Shown: piece by piece, positions 59,531 through 64,000 of the stretch
How positions within the stretch are numbered: the stretch's first letter is position 1
Layout: every line of letters begins with the position of its first letter
Assembly (NCBI GenBank): GCA_018698075.1
Contig: JABINT010000024.1
Location: forward strand, 1,929 to 65,928
DNA from: Acidiferrobacteraceae bacterium
Lineage (GTDB): Bacteria; Pseudomonadota; Gammaproteobacteria; Arenicellales; UBA868
Direction of reading: 5' to 3'
DNA: 64,000 nt
Notes under the pieces: generated by a model
What the model was told of the DNA's origin: nothing
What the model saw: the letters and a program-made list of their open reading frames with translations, nothing else
The model's database searches: none
Translations under genes and position numbers: made by a program

Positions 59531-60176
59531 TGTTTGTAGGCGGCGATTGCCGAATGGCGCCCTGTGGAAGGTCGGTAAGTCGTTTTATCTCAGGCGCTTC
59601 CATCAGTTGGGGGTTTTCCAGGTAATCGAGCATCATCTGGCTCTGGTCAAGACCCCAGAAGCGCTCTTGGTTGATTAAGATAGTGGGGACGCCGTAAATA
59701 CCCGCGGCAATCGCGTTGTCGGTATTGCGCCGCAATATATCCTTTGCGCCGGTGTTTGATATCAACAGTTCAGGATCATCAATACCTAGATCTGAAGTGA
59801 GATCTAAAAAGCCCTCAACAGTGTGTGCAGGCTTTCCTTTGGCCCAGATGTAATCAAAAATGACTTTGACAATTGCTGGCTCGCAATCCAATGCAACGGC
59901 GAGACGCAAGAACGGCAGGGGGTTAAAAGGGTGTGCCGGGGGCATCTGGAAAGGGATGCCTGAATTTCTCGCATACCAGTGACAATAGCGATAGGTATCA
60001 CTCCGTTTTGGGAAGATCTCTGCAGGGCCTTTTTGCCCCCAATGTGCCAACAATCCAGCAAATAAAACAGGAGTGAGAGTCAGTTCAAGCGAATCCGGCA
60101 GACGATCTAAAGCCTTGAATTGGAGATAGGAAAATGGTGAAACAAAATCAAAAAACCATTGAGCGTTCTGGGACAT
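59517..60176 (-). CDS. 2-hydroxychromene-2-carboxylate isomerase / DsbA (GST-kappa) family
   Basis: FFDFVSPFSYL, HPFNPL, GIYGVPT, FWGLD; start MSQNAQW. Confidence 0.88.
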   Translation of the reverse strand: MSQNAQWFFDFVSPFSYLQFKALDRLPDSLELTLTPVLFAGLLAHWGQKGPAEIFPKRSDTYRYCHWYARNSGIPFQMPPAHPFNPLPFLRLAVALDCEPAIVKVIFDYIWAKGKPAHTVEGFLDLTSDLGIDDPELLISNTGAKDILRRNTDNAIAAGIYGVPTILINQERFWGLDQSQMMLDYLENPQLMEAPEIKRLTDLPQGAIRQSPPTNNDLD

Positions 60177-60472
60177 TTTATTGGCTTGGCCTACCAACTG
60201 GGGGTGTACCGACAGCATAGCGGGTGTTGAAAGAACATACACTCGCCAGAAATATCGGGTGGGCTTGGCTGGTAACCCGTTTGTTGGATCACCAGAGTTT
60301 GAGGCTCGATGTCATATGGCAGGCTGCTGGCGTTAGCTTGTGTTAATTCAAGCTGCTCTGAGGTCGATGGGGCGCCTAGCCACTCAGCTGTAGCGATGAA
60401 CGCTATTAAATGCATGACAAATACAATTATGCTGGAAGGCCATGCCTTGAGATTTATAACCGATGGGCGAGG

Positions 60473-61804
60473 CTAATTCATGAGGGATGGCAGCAGCAAC
60501 ACGATGGACGGGATCAGCATCAGTATCAGCAGGCGTACTATATCTACGATCCAAAACGGAGTCACGCCACGAAATATTGTGCCTAAGCTAACGTCCTTCA
60601 GCATGCTTTTGAGCACAAATACATTAAGACCGACAGGGGGTGTAATCAGGCTGATTTCTGTAATTACCACTACGATAATGCCAAACCAGATCAGCGCCAT
60701 CTCTGGATCAGCAAGGGCATCAGAAAATCCGCCTAATTCCATTCCTAGCACTAGTGGGTAGAACACTGGCACTGTCAGCATAATCATTGACAGGCTCTCC
60801 AATACTGTTCCCAGAATCACATACACCAGCATAATCAGCAGGATCACGGCAATGGGAGGCAGGTTGAAGGAGGTTACCCAACTCAATAGCAGGTCGGGTA
60901 AGCCAACAATGTTGATGAAGTTGGAAAAAATTAACGCGCCGATCAGGATAACGAAGATCATTGCGGTGGTACGGGCACTTTCCAGCAGTGTTTCAAACAG
61001 GCTGGGCCACGAAAGTTTGCGTCTTAACAGGGCGATCATGAAGGCGCCTGAAGCCCCGATACCGGCCGCTTCAGTGGGGGTAAACATGCCTGCATAAATC
61101 CCGCCAATTACCAGAACAAACAAGGCCAGGACAGCGCTCACCCCGCGCACGGCGTGCCAGCGTTGATGCCAATCTGCACGTGGGCCGCGGGGGCCGGCTG
61201 TTGGGTCGATAGTGACGGTAATCAATACTGCCACAAGGTACAGCAATACCCCCAGCAACCCAGGTAGTATGCCGGCGATGAACAATAGGCCAATATCGCT
61301 TTGAGTCATAATCCCAAGAATGATGAGAATCACACTGGGCGGAATGAGAATACCCAAAGTTCCCCCTGCAGCGACCGAGCCTGTGGCGAGGGCATCGGAA
61401 TAACCGAACCGTCGCATTGGCGGCAATGCCACTTTGGACATTGTTGCAGCTGTCGCCAGGCTGGAACCGCACACAGCACTAAAACCACCGCAGGCTACGA
61501 TTGTGGCCATGGCTAAGCCGCCCCGTCGGTGCCCCAAGAAGGCGTGAGCAGCCGTATAGAGTTCATCTGAAAGGCCGGCCCTTGTAACAAAGTTCCCCAT
61601 CAGAATGAACAGAGGCACTACTGATAAACCGTAATTTATTGCGGTCTCGTAGGTGATAATCGTGGCCATGGCTAACGACGCATTCCAACTGGTTACCAAG
61701 CTAAAGCCAACGAATCCCACCAACCCCATAGCGAAGGCAATCGGTATACGTGCCAGTAGCACCAAGGCTAACATGGCGAGAAACGCGTAAAGGGATTCAA
61801 GCAT
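60473..61804 (-). CDS. dctM: TRAP transporter large permease DctM
   Basis: VPLFILMG, CGSSLATAATM, GGTLGILIPPS, FTPTEAA, ITPPVGLNVF. Confidence 0.92.
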   Translation of the reverse strand: MLESLYAFLAMLALVLLARIPIAFAMGLVGFVGFSLVTSWNASLAMATIITYETAINYGLSVVPLFILMGNFVTRAGLSDELYTAAHAFLGHRRGGLAMATIVACGGFSAVCGSSLATAATMSKVALPPMRRFGYSDALATGSVAAGGTLGILIPPSVILIILGIMTQSDIGLLFIAGILPGLLGVLLYLVAVLITVTIDPTAGPRGPRADWHQRWHAVRGVSAVLALFVLVIGGIYAGMFTPTEAAGIGASGAFMIALLRRKLSWPSLFETLLESARTTAMIFVILIGALIFSNFINIVGLPDLLLSWVTSFNLPPIAVILLIMLVYVILGTVLESLSMIMLTVPVFYPLVLGMELGGFSDALADPEMALIWFGIIVVVITEISLITPPVGLNVFVLKSMLKDVSLGTIFRGVTPFWIVDIVRLLILMLIPSIVLLLPSLMN

Positions 61805-61988
61805 GCTGAGTTTTTCGCAAAAGGGGTATGGTGAATCCGGGTAAAACTGAGTTGCCGAACGCTTGATTGGAAGTCAATTGTTTCTTTCTTGGTGAGGAGT
61901 CAATCAATCAGGCAGTATCAATCTGAATATTGAAGAGAGTCGCTTTGACAGCGCCGTATATTGACAAATGCCGGCTCCCTCGGAGCCC

Positions 61989-62852
61989 TCAGGACACAAC
62001 AAAGCCGGGAACTTCGAAGATTACATTGCATTGGCCTGTCCCGGAGCTGGCAAAATAGTCGGTTACAATTTTCACTGGCCCCTGGTAGCGGTCCCAGCCC
62101 AAGGCTCCAAGCAGCATGGCGGTATCGTGCATTCCACCTTCACCCTTACAGGCATCGGCGTATTCGGGCAGCATTGCGGTGAAAACATCAAAGCGCCCAG
62201 ACTGCCATAGTTCGAGCACTCTCAGGTCAACCTGGCGATAGAACTCGTCGCTGATATCAAACATTGATTCTTCGGGACTGCCATTGTCTTGAAAACGATG
62301 AGACAACGAGCCGCTTGCCAAAATTGCCACCCGGCTGTTGCTTTGTTTAATCCCGTCCACGACTGCTTCACCAAATCGGCGGCTATCTTCCAGGCTGTGC
62401 CAGCCACACCACGCGGCTACTGAGACCACTTTGAAATGCTGGTCTTCATTCATGTACCGATTGGGAACCAAAGTGCCATACTCCAGCCCTAGGCTTTCGA
62501 CCTTGTGCGCGCGGGTGTTCAGCCCTTTGGCTTTTGCGGATTCAGCAATTAAGTCGCCTAGTTCCGGGTTGCCAGGGCAGTCGTAGGCCATGCCCTGGAT
62601 AAAATGAGGCAACTCACTACTAGTGTAAACACCAGAGAAATTCGATGCACAATTGATGTGATAACCGGAATTGACCAGCCAGTGCACGTCGAACACAACT
62701 AAGGTATCAGCACCGCGTTCACGAGCCTGACGGCTAATCTCACGGTGGCCATCAATCGCGCTTTTCCGACATCCCTGGTGCGGGCCCGGCATCTCCGAAA
62801 GATACATCGACGGCACGTGAGTAATTTTTGCAGCTAGAACAAGCTCACCCAT
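61989..62852 (-). CDS. hpaD: 3,4-dihydroxyphenylacetate 2,3-dioxygenase
   Basis: MGELVLAAKITHVPSMYLSE, HWLVNSGYH, LEYGTLVP, ASGSLSH, MHDTAMLLG. Confidence 0.93.
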   Translation of the reverse strand: MGELVLAAKITHVPSMYLSEMPGPHQGCRKSAIDGHREISRQARERGADTLVVFDVHWLVNSGYHINCASNFSGVYTSSELPHFIQGMAYDCPGNPELGDLIAESAKAKGLNTRAHKVESLGLEYGTLVPNRYMNEDQHFKVVSVAAWCGWHSLEDSRRFGEAVVDGIKQSNSRVAILASGSLSHRFQDNGSPEESMFDISDEFYRQVDLRVLELWQSGRFDVFTAMLPEYADACKGEGGMHDTAMLLGALGWDRYQGPVKIVTDYFASSGTGQCNVIFEVPGFVVS

Positions 62853-62866
62853 ATCGATGTCTCCTG

Positions 62867-64000
62867 TTAGTCTGCCAGGCCCAACTGCGGAACGCGATGA
62901 TCAGTGGTCGCGACACAGATATTCTTAGTTTCCATGTAGAAGTCAAAGCTGTAGTCGCCACCGTCCCGACCTATGCCGCTGGATTTCATACCGCCAAACG
63001 GGGTCGGCAGATGCCGGACATTTTCCGAGTTAACCCAGATCATGCCGCAGTCCATCTGCCCAGCGACACGATGTGCCCGCCCCGCGTCGCCCGTCCATAA
63101 ATAGCCGGCAAGGCCGTAGTCGACTGCATTGGCCTGTTGGACTGCCTGTGCTTCATCGTCAAAGGGCAGCACTGAAAGCACCGGCCCGAAGATCTCCTCC
63201 TGGGCGACTCGCATCTCATGACTGACCCCGGTGAGTAGCGTTGGTTGGAAATAACAGCCGCCGTCTCGGTCGATCGCCTGACCGCCGACTCGAATCAATG
63301 CCCCCTCGGCTGCGCCAATCTTCATGTAGTTGCAGACCTTGGAATGATGGTTGGGGTGAATGAGTGGGCCGAGCTCGGTATTTGGATCAAGTGGATGACC
63401 CACCTTGATGTTCTTAACCCTCTTCGCCAGGGCATCAACAAAGCGATCATGAATGCTCGATTGCACCAGCAGGCGGCTGGATGAGGTACAGCGCTCGCCA
63501 TTGAGGCTGTAAATCATAAAGACAACAGCATCGAGCGCTCTTTCGAAGTCGGCATCCTCAAATACAATCACTGGGTTTTTCCCGCCGAGTTCAAAGTGCA
63601 CCCGTTTAAGTGTTGGAGCACCTTGTGCCATTATGTGTCGACCGGTTTCGGAGCCGCCAATAAAAGCAATTGCGGCTATATCGCGATGCTCGGTCAGGGC
63701 GCGTCCGGCGACCTCACCGATGCCATTGACTAAATTCAGTACGCCTTGTGGTAATCCGGCCTCGTGGGTAATTTCTGCCAGCAGCATCGCCGTCAATGGG
63801 CTCCATTCGGCCGGTTTGTGAACCACTGTGCAGCCTGCCGCCAAAGCAGGTGCAATTTTCCAGGTCGAGAGCATGAATGGGGTATTCCAGGGGGTAATAA
63901 CGCCTACTGGGCCCACTGGCTCTCGAACGGTGTAGTTCAACTGGTTTACGGCCGGCAGATGCAAGCCGTCCCGCGCCGAAGGTGCACGATCTGCAAAGAA
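62867..64000 (-). CDS. hpaE: 5-carboxymethyl-2-hydroxymuconate semialdehyde dehydrogenase (5' end outside window)
   Basis: TPWNTPFML, ELGGKNP, NGERCTSSSR, EEIFGP, NVRHLPTPFGG; adjacent to hpaD. Confidence 0.9.
   Translation of the reverse strand, partial: FFADRAPSARDGLHLPAVNQLNYTVREPVGPVGVITPWNTPFMLSTWKIAPALAAGCTVVHKPAEWSPLTAMLLAEITHEAGLPQGVLNLVNGIGEVAGRALTEHRDIAAIAFIGGSETGRHIMAQGAPTLKRVHFELGGKNPVIVFEDADFERALDAVVFMIYSLNGERCTSSSRLLVQSSIHDRFVDALAKRVKNIKVGHPLDPNTELGPLIHPNHHSKVCNYMKIGAAEGALIRVGGQAIDRDGGCYFQPTLLTGVSHEMRVAQEEIFGPVLSVLPFDDEAQAVQQANAVDYGLAGYLWTGDAGRAHRVAGQMDCGMIWVNSENVRHLPTPFGGMKSSGIGRDGGDYSFDFYMETKNICVATTDHRVPQLGLAD

Overview
Bacterial chromosome segment, most likely from a marine gammaproteobacterium (inferred from the gltX-tRNA-Ala-tRNA-Glu and pncC-recA-recX-alaS-lysC-csrA-tRNA-Ser-tRNA-Arg gene order at 48.9-58.7 kb). 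Bases 1-48.6 kb are an accessory patchwork of catabolic and transport genes: nitronate monooxygenase, two MFS transporters, ectoine-hydrolase-like M24 enzymes, nitrilases, acyl-CoA ligases, sauST sulfoacetate genes, cbtBA and several stand-alone small alpha/beta-barrel genes. This stretch contains decayed tRNA-integration remnants: a duplicated tRNA-Arg 3' half at 2.1 kb and an integrase stump beside tRNA-Val at 48.5 kb. The most notable locus is 14.7-24.2 kb. There, an NHLM/NHLP-type peptide export operon (cNMP-domain protein, HlyD, C39-peptidase ABC, second ABC, second HlyD) converges on two short double-glycine-leader precursor genes. These precursors lie behind tandem CRP-like boxes, no modification enzyme is encoded nearby, and one core begins with an Hcp-like strand motif. 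The right end holds an AhpD-like gene with an internal stop, an orphan dctM and hpaD/hpaE. Six intact tRNAs were found. No rRNA, CRISPR array or intact transposase/integrase was seen. All product calls come from motif recognition by eye, not database searches.
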